DNA of 58,554 bases from Armatimonadota bacterium. GTDB lineage: Bacteria > Armatimonadota > SYMT01. The stretch covers positions 1-58,554 of the forward strand of contig JBKBRF010000044.1 in the NCBI GenBank assembly GCA_046292385.1. The letters run 5' to 3'. The notes beneath the pieces were generated by a model, which was given only the letters and a program-made list of their open reading frames with translations, did not search any database and was not told where the DNA came from. Numbering within the stretch: position 1 is the first letter of the stretch; each line of letters opens with the position of its first letter. Positions 49,935-58,554 of this stretch are shown here, piece after piece. Position numbers and translations under genes: made by a program.

Positions 49935-51089
49935 CTACCGGAGGTCTGGTGAAGGTGGGCGCAGCGTGGCCCGCATCAGCATCACGTTGTACGGGTTCCA
50001 GGTGGAGAGGACGAAGTAGATCGTCGCTTCCTTCTCGTCACCCTTGAAGAAGCGAGGGATGAGGTAGGGGCCGTAGGGGCCGCCGGTCACCCGCTCTCGA
50101 CCGGGGTCGTGCAGCGAGCTCGGGGCCGCGCCGGGCTGGGCGTCGTGGATGAACTTGCCGTAGGCGTCCTGCCACGGATCGAGGAGCGTCCGCGCCTCCG
50201 ACCACGGACCGGCGGGGCGCTCCGCGGTGCGAATGACCACCCCACGCGGATGCTCGAGGTTGTAGAGCATCAGCCAGCGCTTGAGCGGCGCGCACCACGC
50301 CACGCTGAGCTCTCCGATCATCGGGTGGTAGAAAAGCGGGCGCGCCTCCCCTTCCAGCGCGCTCCAGCGCTCGCCGCCGGTCCAGTAGCGGATCGCCGAC
50401 CGGTCCTCTACCTTCTCCAGCGGCACGAAGGCGAGGTACGGATCGCTGCGGCGGTATTCCTTCCCCGCCGCCCACATCAGCAGCCCCTTCCCCTCCTTCA
50501 CCGGGAGACCGGGCACCTCCGCGGCGTCGACCACCGCCGGCGAGACGTTGATGAAGCGGTCGGTGGAGAGGGTGTAGACCAGCTCCCACTGCTTCGCGTC
50601 TTTGCTGCGGAGGAGCACGGAGCGGCCCATGATCTTGCCGCGCGGGCTATCCTGCGCGTCGGTGGTGAAGAACGCATACATGAAGCCGTTGTGGCTGAAG
50701 CCGCCGTTCGGAACCTCGAACCCCTTCAGCGAGACGCCGGGCACGCTCACCGCCAGGTACTTGCCGTCCGGCGCGGTGACGAAGTCGAGCTCCAGCCCGT
50801 CGTCCGGGTTCGTATCGGTGCTGAACGCCACGGAGTCGCCGTCGTACGGGCGGTCCGGCGTGTTCGGCCCGCTCGGGTGCGTATCCCCGAACAGGAAGAC
50901 GAGCTTCCCCTCGTGCTCGAACGAGGCGCCGAGATCGGTGGCGGCGAGCCCGAAGCGGGAGGCGGTGCGGCTGGGAGTAGGGCGATTGAGCTGGCGGTCG
51001 TGCTCTCCCGTAAGCTGGGAGACCTTCTGCACGCTGCCCGGCACCACCACCGGCGTTGCGGCCAGGAGGGCGAGAAAGAGAGTGATCAT
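49935..51089 (-). CDS. Secreted DUF4185-domain protein
   Basis: TDLG......LVFLFGDT, GELSV.W, GPWSE, YGPY, STWNPYNV. Confidence 0.8.
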   Translation of the reverse strand: MITLFLALLAATPVVVPGSVQKVSQLTGEHDRQLNRPTPSRTASRFGLAATDLGASFEHEGKLVFLFGDTHPSGPNTPDRPYDGDSVAFSTDTNPDDGLELDFVTAPDGKYLAVSVPGVSLKGFEVPNGGFSHNGFMYAFFTTDAQDSPRGKIMGRSVLLRSKDAKQWELVYTLSTDRFINVSPAVVDAAEVPGLPVKEGKGLLMWAAGKEYRRSDPYLAFVPLEKVEDRSAIRYWTGGERWSALEGEARPLFYHPMIGELSVAWCAPLKRWLMLYNLEHPRGVVIRTAERPAGPWSEARTLLDPWQDAYGKFIHDAQPGAAPSSLHDPGRERVTGGPYGPYLIPRFFKGDEKEATIYFVLSTWNPYNVMLMRATLRPPSPDLR

Positions 51090-51126
51090 GGTCGGTGGGT
51101 AGAGCGCTCCCTAAGTTTCACTGTTT

Positions 51127-51232
51127 CAGGTTAGCAGGTTTGGGGTTCCAGGTTTCAGGTTGCAGGTTCCAGGTTGGCTGCACCGACGGCGGGGTTTGGA
51201 ACCTGCAACTTGCCAAGCTGCAACCTGCCAAC
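51127..51232. repeat. CAGGTT(N) heptamer inverted array
   Basis: About six CAGGTTN units followed by inverted AACCTGC units directly after a stop codon. Confidence 0.8.
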
Positions 51233-51237
51233 AACCC

Positions 51238-52026
51238 TTAGCTGCTGGCGCTGGAGTAGCTCCGGAGCGCGAAGCGCCAGAAGGCGACCGCCAGCGCGAA
51301 GAGCCCGACCGCGAACCCGGCGGCCACCGCGAGCCACGGCAGCGGCAGCTCCCCCACCAGCGCCCGGGCGGGGAAGCTGGCGACGAAGGCCAGCGGGATG
51401 ACGTAGATGAAGAGGCTCCGGACCCAGTCGCGGAAGATATCGATCGGGTAGCGCGCCACCTGGAACACCACGTCTGCCAGGACCCAGAGGTTCTCGATCC
51501 GGATGAACCAGAAGGCGAGCGTCATGAGCAGGGTGTAGACGGAGAAGTAGATCACCAGCGCGCAGAGGCAGAGGAAGAGGTAGGCGAGCACGGTCCCGGG
51601 CGTAATCCGCGCCGCCAGCGACCCGGTGCTGTAGAGGAGGAGCAGCAGCGAGCCGACGGTGGTGCCGATCCCCTCCAGCCGGACGTAGCGCGTGGCGACG
51701 AAGAAGAGCGAATCGACCGGCCGCGTGACGACGAAGTCGAACGTCCCGAGCCGGATCTGCTCCGGCAGGCGGCTGAGGTTCTGGTAGGCAACCACCCCGA
51801 AGACCCCGTGGATCAGCCCGAAGGTGCCGGTGAGGGAGAGCATCTCCGCCTCCGTCCACCCCGCCACCGCCTCCGTATTGCGGAAGAGGATCTTGATCAG
51901 CAGGACGAAGAAGAGCAGCCACCCCGCGTTCGCCACCAGGTTGGCCCAGAAGTTGGCGCGGAACTCCGCCTCGCGGGCCAGGCAGTTCTCCCAGAAGATC
52001 CGATAGAGGCGCAGGTAGCGGAGCAT
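51238..52026 (-). CDS. ABC-2 family permease (DUF990-type)
   Basis: FRANF, GTFDFVVTRPVD, YPIDIF, IPLAF...PA, YSSASS; start ATG 52026. Confidence 0.88.
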   Translation of the reverse strand: MLRYLRLYRIFWENCLAREAEFRANFWANLVANAGWLLFFVLLIKILFRNTEAVAGWTEAEMLSLTGTFGLIHGVFGVVAYQNLSRLPEQIRLGTFDFVVTRPVDSLFFVATRYVRLEGIGTTVGSLLLLLYSTGSLAARITPGTVLAYLFLCLCALVIYFSVYTLLMTLAFWFIRIENLWVLADVVFQVARYPIDIFRDWVRSLFIYVIPLAFVASFPARALVGELPLPWLAVAAGFAVGLFALAVAFWRFALRSYSSASS

Positions 52027-52133
52027 CAGGCACAGCGCGGCGCCCCCGACCCGGCGCCGGGAGCCCAACCGGGTAAGTGTGGCCCACTCCGGCACGGGCG
52101 TCCACCCGCCCGGCGCGCCCCCCCCCGCGGTGC

Positions 52134-52162
52134 TTGACACCGAACCCGGCGAACGCTACAAT
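52134..52162 (+). promoter_or_regulatory. Sigma70 promoter of tRNA-Gly
   Basis: TTGACA, 17-nt spacer, TACAAT. Confidence 0.9.
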
Positions 52163-52173
52163 GAGCCCGTTCC

Positions 52174-52245
52174 GCGGGGGTAACTCAGTGGTAGAGTCAC
52201 TGCCTTCCAAGCAGTTGGTCGCGAGTTCGAATCTCGTCCCCCGCT
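52174..52245 (+). tRNA. tRNA-Gly(TCC), CCA not encoded
   Basis: Acceptor GCGGGGG/CCCCCGC, D arm ACTC/GAGT, anticodon stem ACTGC/GCAGT with loop CTTCCAA, T loop TTCGAAT. Confidence 0.96.
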
Positions 52246-52284
52246 TACCCGCGACGTGCCGTTTCCCATTTCAGGCACGAAATA

Positions 52285-52407
52285 GAGTCACTACCCCCTG
52301 TGCTGCCGGCTCCTTTCGACACCTTGAAGGAGCCTGTAGATGCCAAACAGAGTCACTACTTCCCGGGGCAGACGAGTCACTGCTTCCGAGGATGATAGAG
52401 TCACTAC
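52285..52407 (+). repeat. Four GAGTCACTRC direct repeats (candidate integrase arm sites)
   Basis: Cores at 52285, 52350, 52374, 52398; fifth copy inside the tRNA at 52194. Confidence 0.85.
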
Positions 52408-53404
52408 CTCTCGTCGGACGGAAGAACGCCCCTCCCGCCCCCCGTCCGACCTGCGCCGAGCAATTGCCGGCTGGCTTGCAGACGGCAAAGCCCAGGGCTG
52501 GAGTCCTCGTACCCTAGAAGACCGCCGTCTTACGATGGAACGGTTCTGCTGGTGGCTGGAGAACGAGGAGGAACCCCCTCTGGCGTTAAGCACCCTCACC
52601 CCCAACTGCATCCGCACGTTTCTGGCTTACGTTCGTGAGCCAAATCCGAACGGGCGATTCGGGTGTGAGCGGGAATCCGCCAAACGGGAAGCACGACCCG
52701 CAACCGTGAACGCGTACTTCCGCGCCCTGCGTGCCTTTGCCAATTTCTGCCGGGCAGAAGGGCTGCTGGACGAAACACCGTTGAAGAACGTCAAAGCACC
52801 TCGTGTGCCGGTTGACCAAGTACAGCCCCTCGCGCCTGATCAGCTTCAAACCCTCGTGGATGCCGCCAGGCGCACACAGGCCTCAGAGCGGAACGTCGCG
52901 CTGATTCTCCTGCTCGTGGATACCGGGATGCGCTGTTCAGAACTATGCGGTCTGCTCGTAGGCGACGCGGACCGAGGCACGGGCGAGTTAACTGTCACGG
53001 GCAAGGGCAACAAGAAGCGGCGGGTCTACATGGGCACAGCTACTCGCCGAGCCCTCTGGCGCTACCTCGAAACCGACCGGAGAGACGCATTCACGGACGA
53101 ACCCCTGTTCGTCTCCGTGGGAGGGCACGCTCGCGGAACCGGCATGACGCACACCGGTGTTCACCGGATCATTCACGAAGCCGGCAAGGCGGGTCGCATA
53201 CAAGGGGTGCGCTGCAGCCCCCACACCCTGCGCCACACCTTCGCAGTCAACTTTCTACGCGGCGGAGGCAACCTCTTTGAGCTTCAGCAGTTGATGGGAC
53301 ATACGGACCTCACAGTGCTCCGCAGGTATGTCGCTCTCGCCGACACCGACCTCGCCGAGGCGCACCGCGCCGCCAGCCCCGTCGAACGCCTGAAGCTTCG
53401 GTAG
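52340..53404 (+). CDS. Tyrosine recombinase/integrase
   Basis: DTGMRCSEL, GKGNK, HTLRHT, MGH, RRY catalytic residues; GAAGGAG RBS. Confidence 0.95.
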   Translation: MPNRVTTSRGRRVTASEDDRVTTSRRTEERPSRPPSDLRRAIAGWLADGKAQGWSPRTLEDRRLTMERFCWWLENEEEPPLALSTLTPNCIRTFLAYVREPNPNGRFGCERESAKREARPATVNAYFRALRAFANFCRAEGLLDETPLKNVKAPRVPVDQVQPLAPDQLQTLVDAARRTQASERNVALILLLVDTGMRCSELCGLLVGDADRGTGELTVTGKGNKKRRVYMGTATRRALWRYLETDRRDAFTDEPLFVSVGGHARGTGMTHTGVHRIIHEAGKAGRIQGVRCSPHTLRHTFAVNFLRGGGNLFELQQLMGHTDLTVLRRYVALADTDLAEAHRAASPVERLKLR

Positions 53405-53425
53405 ACGGGCGAAACGCCCGCTATC

Positions 53426-53458
53426 AGCTCCCGGCCTTCGAGGCCGGGGGCTTTTTTT
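53426..53458 (+). terminator. Rho-independent terminator after the integrase
   Basis: AGCTCCCGGCCT/AGGCCGGGGGCT stem followed by a T tract. Confidence 0.85.
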
Positions 53459-53530
53459 CTGACTCCGTGTAGGAAACCCCCATCAGCTCAGCCATAAGGC
53501 CGTGAAAGCAATTGCTTCAGGGGACCGACG

Positions 53531-53803
53531 TTGAGCAGAGACCGCCCGTTTGCAGCACGACGCCAGGAACTCGGCTTGTGCCTACAGCGGGCAGCGGCCA
53601 GACTCCGGATCAGTGCTAAATATCTGCGAGCACTGGAACGGGGGCAGGTACCACTCTCCTACTCACTGGCGCGACGGATGGCCGTCGAGTACAGCACCAC
53701 CGTTGATCTCCTGACGCGTACCGCTGGTAGAGACCGAGCCGGAAGCACAGGGGATGGGCTGAAAGCGAATGGGAACGCTTTCAGCCCACAGAGAAGCAGC
53801 TAG
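53531..53803 (+). CDS. XRE-family helix-turn-helix protein
   Basis: RRQELGL....AAARLRISAKYLRALERG pattern; TTG start. Confidence 0.7.
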   Translation: MSRDRPFAARRQELGLCLQRAAARLRISAKYLRALERGQVPLSYSLARRMAVEYSTTVDLLTRTAGRDRAGSTGDGLKANGNAFSPQRSS

Positions 53804-54385
53804 CCGCGCCTTCGCACCTTTCTTGCGTTATGCCGCTTGGGTTCGGCACAACGCCTCCTACCGACAGGAGAGGACGACGCCAGAGAAAGCCACTCCGGCG
53901 AGACAGCACAGACAGCCGTTCATGAAGCGGCAGAGATTCCGACAGGTAAGGCCTTCGGCTGCTGCCTCTTGAGGAGTCGCCACCGTCAGCAGCGCGAGCG
54001 CCCCTGTGCCAGCCTCTCATCCTCTCTGTCCACCCGCCGGCACTGACCCGCCGGCATCCTACTCCGGTGGAGGCTCCACACCCCCGGCTCGGTTGCCAGG
54101 ATGAGCCTTGTCCGGTGCCAGTGGCCCGCCAGCAGCGTTGCAGCTAGCCTCCGCACATCCGCGCGGCAACCCTCACCACCGTCTTCTGGAGGCACTGAAG
54201 CGGCTACCTGCCGGCCCTCGCAGCACGATCTTTCTCGGAACGAAGCGCAATCAAATGCTGCCAAACCCTAAACTCTAATCGCCCACACATACGATAGCTT
54301 AGGTGGAAGCACCCATAGACGGCTCCCAGGCAGAACCCGAGGCCATCTATGAAAACCCGCCCCTGATGAGGTAGGAGGAACAGAC

Positions 54386-54673
54386 ATGCCCGCCAAGAAA
54401 ACCCCGAGTCCGACTGAACAGGCCCTGAATGGCCTCATCCTCAAGAAGCTGGAGGGGCATCCGAATGGGCTCACCCAGACGCAGCTCATTAGCAAGTTTC
54501 GTTCCCCTGACGTGTACGGCCCGCGGTACACGTTCCATCCGAACGCTATCAAGAAAGCGGTTGCCCGACTTGCGGAGGACGGGCGGGTAGAGTTAAACCC
54601 CGACCGGACATTCACCGATCTGCGCGTTCGACTTCTGCCGGCTGTGAAGAATGAGGAGGCCGCCGATGTCTAG
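54386..54673 (+). CDS. Small winged-helix-like protein
   Basis: GGAGG RBS; ILKKL...PNGLTQTQL...IKKAVARLAEDGRV; overlaps the primase start. Confidence 0.7.
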   Translation: MPAKKTPSPTEQALNGLILKKLEGHPNGLTQTQLISKFRSPDVYGPRYTFHPNAIKKAVARLAEDGRVELNPDRTFTDLRVRLLPAVKNEEAADV

Positions 54674-56453
54674 TGCCATCCTCGAACCGCATGGCTGTGT
54701 AGCCGTGCGGCCACAGCCAGAGGATGAGGCGCGCCAATTCCTCTCCACGTTGTTTCCCGCCATGCCTCATGGTGGCAGGCTCCTTATCTGGACCCTACCT
54801 TCAAAGTGCTCGACATGGTGTACCTCGGCAGAGGGAGCCATGACGGCTGTGGAGCGCGCTCGTGCCGAGTCGGATGTCTACTTCGGCCTTGCCTTGTCTC
54901 CGGAGGGGTACGGCAACAGGCAGCGGTGCACGGCTGACGCCGTTATCGCCGTCCCCGGAGTGTGGGCTGACGTAGACCTGGGCGATGAGGGGCACAAGCA
55001 GCATAAGAAACCGAACCCGGCGAATTGGGAAGCGGTTCGAGCGGCTTTGGACGATGCGGAGGTTCCCGCTCCTACCATCGTCGTGGCGAGCGGCGGAGGG
55101 CGGCATGTCTACTGGCTGTTTCCCGAGGTTTGGCAGTTCGGTACGGATGAGGAACGCCAGCAGGGAGCTGCCCTGGCAGAGCGGTTTCAGGGCGCGCTTC
55201 GGGCTATCTTTGCCAAGCACGGTTGGAACCTGGACGCGACTGCAGACTTGTCGAGAGTTCTGCGCGTGCCAGGGACGTTTAACCGGAAGGATGCGAGCAA
55301 CCCGAAGCCCGTACAGCTCCTCACCGCTGACGGCCCCCGCTACTTGCGGGAAGACCTGGAGGCATTCTGTGAGCGGTTCGATGCGTCTTCGACACAGTAT
55401 GTCAGGCGGACTCGACAGGAGAGCGCCATAGCTGAAGTGATGGTTGCTGAAGACCTGGAGCTTGACCCGCATGCCGTCGTTGACCCAGACATGGTTCTAG
55501 CCCTCTGCGATGCCAACCCGAAATTCCGCGAGTCATGGGAGCGAAAGCGTAGTCGGAATGAGTTTCCGGATCAGAGCGGCTCCAGTTACGACATGAGTTT
55601 GGCAGTCCTTGCCGCGCAAGCGGGCTTGTCTGATCAGGACATCATCGACCTGCTCATTGCCCACAGGCGCAAACACCGCGACGACCTGAAGCTCCGGCTC
55701 GACTACTACCGGAGAACGCTGAAGAGGGCGCGCCAAACGTGCGCTAGGGGCGGGCAGACTGCCTCCTTGGACACCCTAACAGACCTGCATGCACAACTGA
55801 CGGCAAGCGGCGCAAAGCTGGAACACGAAGACCGGGCAGCTATCCTGCGGGAACTGGAGGAGCTGTTCGGCTTTAGTGCGCGCATCCTGCGCATCGTGCG
55901 CTACCCGGGGACAAACCCCACCTTCGTCCTTGAGACCGATCAGGGACGGGTACACCTTGGGGGAGTGAGAGGGCTAACCCGACAGGACCAGTTACGAGAG
56001 CATGTGCAGGCACACCTTCGGCAAACCCTCCCGCGCTTCAAGATAAAGGACTGGGAAGAACGTATCGTGCCGGCCCTTCTCGCGGTGCTGGAAGACGAAG
56101 ACCTGGGCGAAGAAGCCACGGAAGAGGGTGAGACGAGGGGCTGGCTGTGTTGCTACCTTGAGGAATACTCGCCGGAGGAGCGCCAGGCGGATGACCAGCC
56201 GTTTTGGAAGATCGCCGAGAGCCATTCAGGCGATGCGCCGTTCCTGTTGGGAGAGCACGCCCATATCTCCGTCCGGTCCTTCAAGGAGTGGGTGCAGCGC
56301 CACTACAGGGAGTACGCCCTTATCACAGAGCGCACGCTCGCTATGAGACTGGAAGGGGTGGGTTGCAAGCATGTGTCGAAGACCTACACCAAAGGAAACG
56401 GCAAACGGGGTAACCGCAAGTACTGGGTGCTTCCCTCACTCTTCGAGTGGTAG
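54666..56453 (+). CDS. RepB-type (AEP superfamily) DNA primase/replication protein
   Basis: WADVD, VVASGGGRHVYW, DLSRVLRVPGTFN; helical DQSGSSYD domain; GAGGAGG RBS before ATG 54666. Confidence 0.85.
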   Translation: MSSAILEPHGCVAVRPQPEDEARQFLSTLFPAMPHGGRLLIWTLPSKCSTWCTSAEGAMTAVERARAESDVYFGLALSPEGYGNRQRCTADAVIAVPGVWADVDLGDEGHKQHKKPNPANWEAVRAALDDAEVPAPTIVVASGGGRHVYWLFPEVWQFGTDEERQQGAALAERFQGALRAIFAKHGWNLDATADLSRVLRVPGTFNRKDASNPKPVQLLTADGPRYLREDLEAFCERFDASSTQYVRRTRQESAIAEVMVAEDLELDPHAVVDPDMVLALCDANPKFRESWERKRSRNEFPDQSGSSYDMSLAVLAAQAGLSDQDIIDLLIAHRRKHRDDLKLRLDYYRRTLKRARQTCARGGQTASLDTLTDLHAQLTASGAKLEHEDRAAILRELEELFGFSARILRIVRYPGTNPTFVLETDQGRVHLGGVRGLTRQDQLREHVQAHLRQTLPRFKIKDWEERIVPALLAVLEDEDLGEEATEEGETRGWLCCYLEEYSPEERQADDQPFWKIAESHSGDAPFLLGEHAHISVRSFKEWVQRHYREYALITERTLAMRLEGVGCKHVSKTYTKGNGKRGNRKYWVLPSLFEW

Positions 56454-56605
56454 CGGGTAAGAGCGGGTGAAGCGGGTTAAGCCCTATTATAAGGCGAAAA
56501 GAACCACTCGCTGAATCACACGCGAACCCGCTTCACCCGCTTCACCCGCTTCACAGGCACGGGAAAAAAGCCTAACCCGCTTCACAACTCGCTTCTATCC
56601 GCTTC
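56452..56605. repeat. Iteron-like 9-mers: putative replication origin
   Basis: AGCGGGT x3 (56452, 56462, 56471), AT-rich spacer, then inverted ACCCGCTTC x4 (56526, 56535, 56544, 56575) plus two variants (56587, 56597). Confidence 0.8.
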
Positions 56606-57130
56606 AAATCCAATACGACTCATTGGCGTAAACCATGGGGGTAAGATCCACGCCCTATAGTAGGGGAGGCGAGAGAGTTGCCTCTCTCGCCGTAATGTGA
56701 GCTGAAGGCCCGGAGGCGTGCTTCGCATGTGCGTGAGACAACCTGGGGCGAAATGCGGCCCCACACCGACGAAACCGAGAACCACGGCAGCGACATCAGC
56801 ACCGATAACGCGGGAGCCAATGAAAGAGAGCTGGGGGAGGAGATCGAGCAATGCCGGTTGCCGTGCGAGACCGCAGGCGGCGGGAGGACCGCAACGCGGT
56901 GGAAACGCTGCCGGCCTGTTGGCGTGACCGTTAAAACGAGAGCCTCATGGGCTGCGAGTAATTGTTATTGCTATTCCTGCCTGGCGAGGCCGAAGCTCTG
57001 GAACGCTGCAAAAATTGGGGGAGGGGGCATCTTATCGACCCCCTCCCCCTTTCGCCGTCCGCATTACTTCGCAGATAGGTTCCAGGCGGCTCCTAGTCGG
57101 GCTGCACTTGACTTTCAAACTTGCTGGTTG

Positions 57131-58306
57131 TCACCGGCTCATCATCTCGTCAAGAACCGCAGCGGATACTTGCGCTCTGGCGTGTGCCTGTTGCGCTCTC
57201 TCCAGCGCAGCCCTATCCCCCGTCTGCAAATGGTCTCGCAGGTGCATAGCTGATTCCCGGGTGGCTTGGCCCCAAGATGTAAAGGCGGCCAGGAATTGCT
57301 GCCCTGCGGGATGGCGCGTCATAGGATCGTTCGACCTCTCTTGGAGGTATGCTTCGCCGGAAGCAATTCCCGCCTCGGTCGCTCCCACAAAGTCGTCAAC
57401 AGCAGCTTGCGCCTCGCTGTTGGAAGCTTGAGGACCTGCTGGAGCGGACATGACGATTTGGAGCATCTGCTGATAGTCGTTCTCGGCTGTCTGTGAGAAG
57501 GAGCCACCACTGCTGACGCGACTCGGCGGTGCCACCGTGGCCGCATTCGGAAGTGACTGATAATCCGCGGCATGCCCGGTCATCTGCCTGCCCGAATGGC
57601 GCTCGGCAGTTGGCTGGGCGACTGTAGCTCCGCTGATGCGCCCGTGCCGTAGCTGATAGCCGATAATCGAGTGTTCGGCCAAGATACCTCGGACCGTCAC
57701 AGACTGCCCCTTGATGAGGGAGAGTAACGTGTCCTTCTGTGAGCCATCAAGTTCGATCCTCACATCCGACCCATAGCTCTTGGGATTGCATCGAAGGCGC
57801 AGCATTCCCCCACCTTCGATGGACGCATCTCGAAGTTCACCTGTCCAAATTACTTCCGTTCCCTGTACAGACTGCCAGTAAGCCTGCTTCTGCGCGTCAG
57901 TCAGAGTTGTGCGCCGATCATCCATGACGGCATCCACGGTCATGAAGTGAGGACCGGGGTTGGCTTTATTCACTCCGAATCGCGGAAGGTCTAACGGGCC
58001 GCGCCCACGGGCAATGTTGAGCAGTGAGAGGCTGTACCACAATCCCACGCCAGCGACGACGATTATGACACAACCACAGATCACCTGAAGCGCGCTGCAC
58101 GCAAGTTGGCGTTTCACGCCTGCTATTGCCACATCCTGTAAAGGATGCACCGCAGGCGCAGGCGTCGCGCTGGGCTGACCGGGACTTCCCGCCTCACCTG
58201 CTTGGCTCTCTGAAGCCAACACGCCTCGCACACAGTAGGCGCAGAGGCTCCGCTTCGTATCCATAGGACGACCGCACTGGGGGCAGGGGCGAAGTGATTG
58301 TCCCAA
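57131..58306 (-). CDS. Membrane protein: Zn-ribbon, TM, OB-fold-like domain, helical C-terminus
   Basis: CPQC...CAYC, hydrophobic helix, GTEVIWTG..KGQSVTVRG; GAGGAGG RBS before TTG. Confidence 0.75.
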   Translation of the reverse strand: MGQSLRPCPQCGRPMDTKRSLCAYCVRGVLASESQAGEAGSPGQPSATPAPAVHPLQDVAIAGVKRQLACSALQVICGCVIIVVAGVGLWYSLSLLNIARGRGPLDLPRFGVNKANPGPHFMTVDAVMDDRRTTLTDAQKQAYWQSVQGTEVIWTGELRDASIEGGGMLRLRCNPKSYGSDVRIELDGSQKDTLLSLIKGQSVTVRGILAEHSIIGYQLRHGRISGATVAQPTAERHSGRQMTGHAADYQSLPNAATVAPPSRVSSGGSFSQTAENDYQQMLQIVMSAPAGPQASNSEAQAAVDDFVGATEAGIASGEAYLQERSNDPMTRHPAGQQFLAAFTSWGQATRESAMHLRDHLQTGDRAALERAQQAHARAQVSAAVLDEMMSR

Positions 58307-58537
58307 GGCGCAACCTCCTCTCGCTCCGATCCAAGCATCACCAGAGGCGACGCAAGTCTATTTTCGACTATTCCAACTTAAACTCTACCATTGTGGCCGG
58401 AACGCTGCCACAATGGAAAAGTCCGTCTTCACGCCGAGCTACCATCAGAAGGTGTGTAAACGGTGAAGGCGGTGAACCTTCCTTCTAGAGACTAGAAGCA
58501 GCCGAGGGCCAACTCGGCAAAGGAAGGAAACACCGCC

Positions 58538-58554
58538 ATGAAAGAGATTACCGC
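58538..58554 (+). CDS. Start of a CDS truncated by the window end
   Basis: AAGGAAGG followed by ATG AAA GAG ATT ACC. Confidence 0.4.

Larger units (their letters stand above)
52246..58554. mobile_element. Integrative element (satellite/PICI- or integrated-plasmid-like) at tRNA-Gly, continuing past the window
   Basis: Integrase next to the tRNA, visible drop in GC and GC3, XRE + primase + iterons; no attR copy seen in the window. Confidence 0.85.

Noticed and set aside
54345..54380. CTGATGAG near GAAA as a hammerhead ribozyme core
   Set aside because: The spacing leaves no room for stems I and III.
53804..54385. Short ORFs between the XRE and wHTH genes (also 56582-57253)
   Set aside because: No convincing RBS, motifs or consistent frame; left unannotated.
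52246..58554. attR duplication of the tRNA-Gly 3' end
   Set aside because: Only an 8-nt match (ATCTCGTC, ~57144) was noticed; the element end must lie outside the window.

Overview
High-GC bacterial chromosome segment. The gene mix (DUF1501 x2, PSD1/planctomycete cytochrome c, FGE-domain protein, LCP protein, tRNA without encoded CCA) suggests Armatimonadota or a similar heterotroph; this is inference only. Positions 1-52.2 kb hold ordinary housekeeping and catabolic genes: gndA, gdhA, purE/purK, a GldA/F/G+DUF4340 ABC module, SulP, a PQQ/cytochrome c dehydrogenase operon and hydrolases. The intergenic spaces are densely filled with several families of palindromic and short tandem repeats. 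From tRNA-Gly(TCC) at 52174 to the window end lies the left part of a lower-GC integrated element: tyrosine integrase, XRE protein, small wHTH-like protein, RepB-type primase, iteron-like origin and a cargo gene. Best leads: (1) a secreted subtilase with a tail of repeated QTTW(G/S)DD peptides, encoded 18 bp upstream of a membrane-sensor hybrid kinase (candidate peptide-signalling system); (2) tRNA-matching repeats inside the integrase 5' end; (3) a structured leader RNA upstream of SulP; (4) a Cys-less ArsR regulator with promoter and operator heading purE-purK; (5) a ~230-nt rod-like RNA candidate with alternative pairings. All family calls come from motif recognition by eye; no database searches were run.
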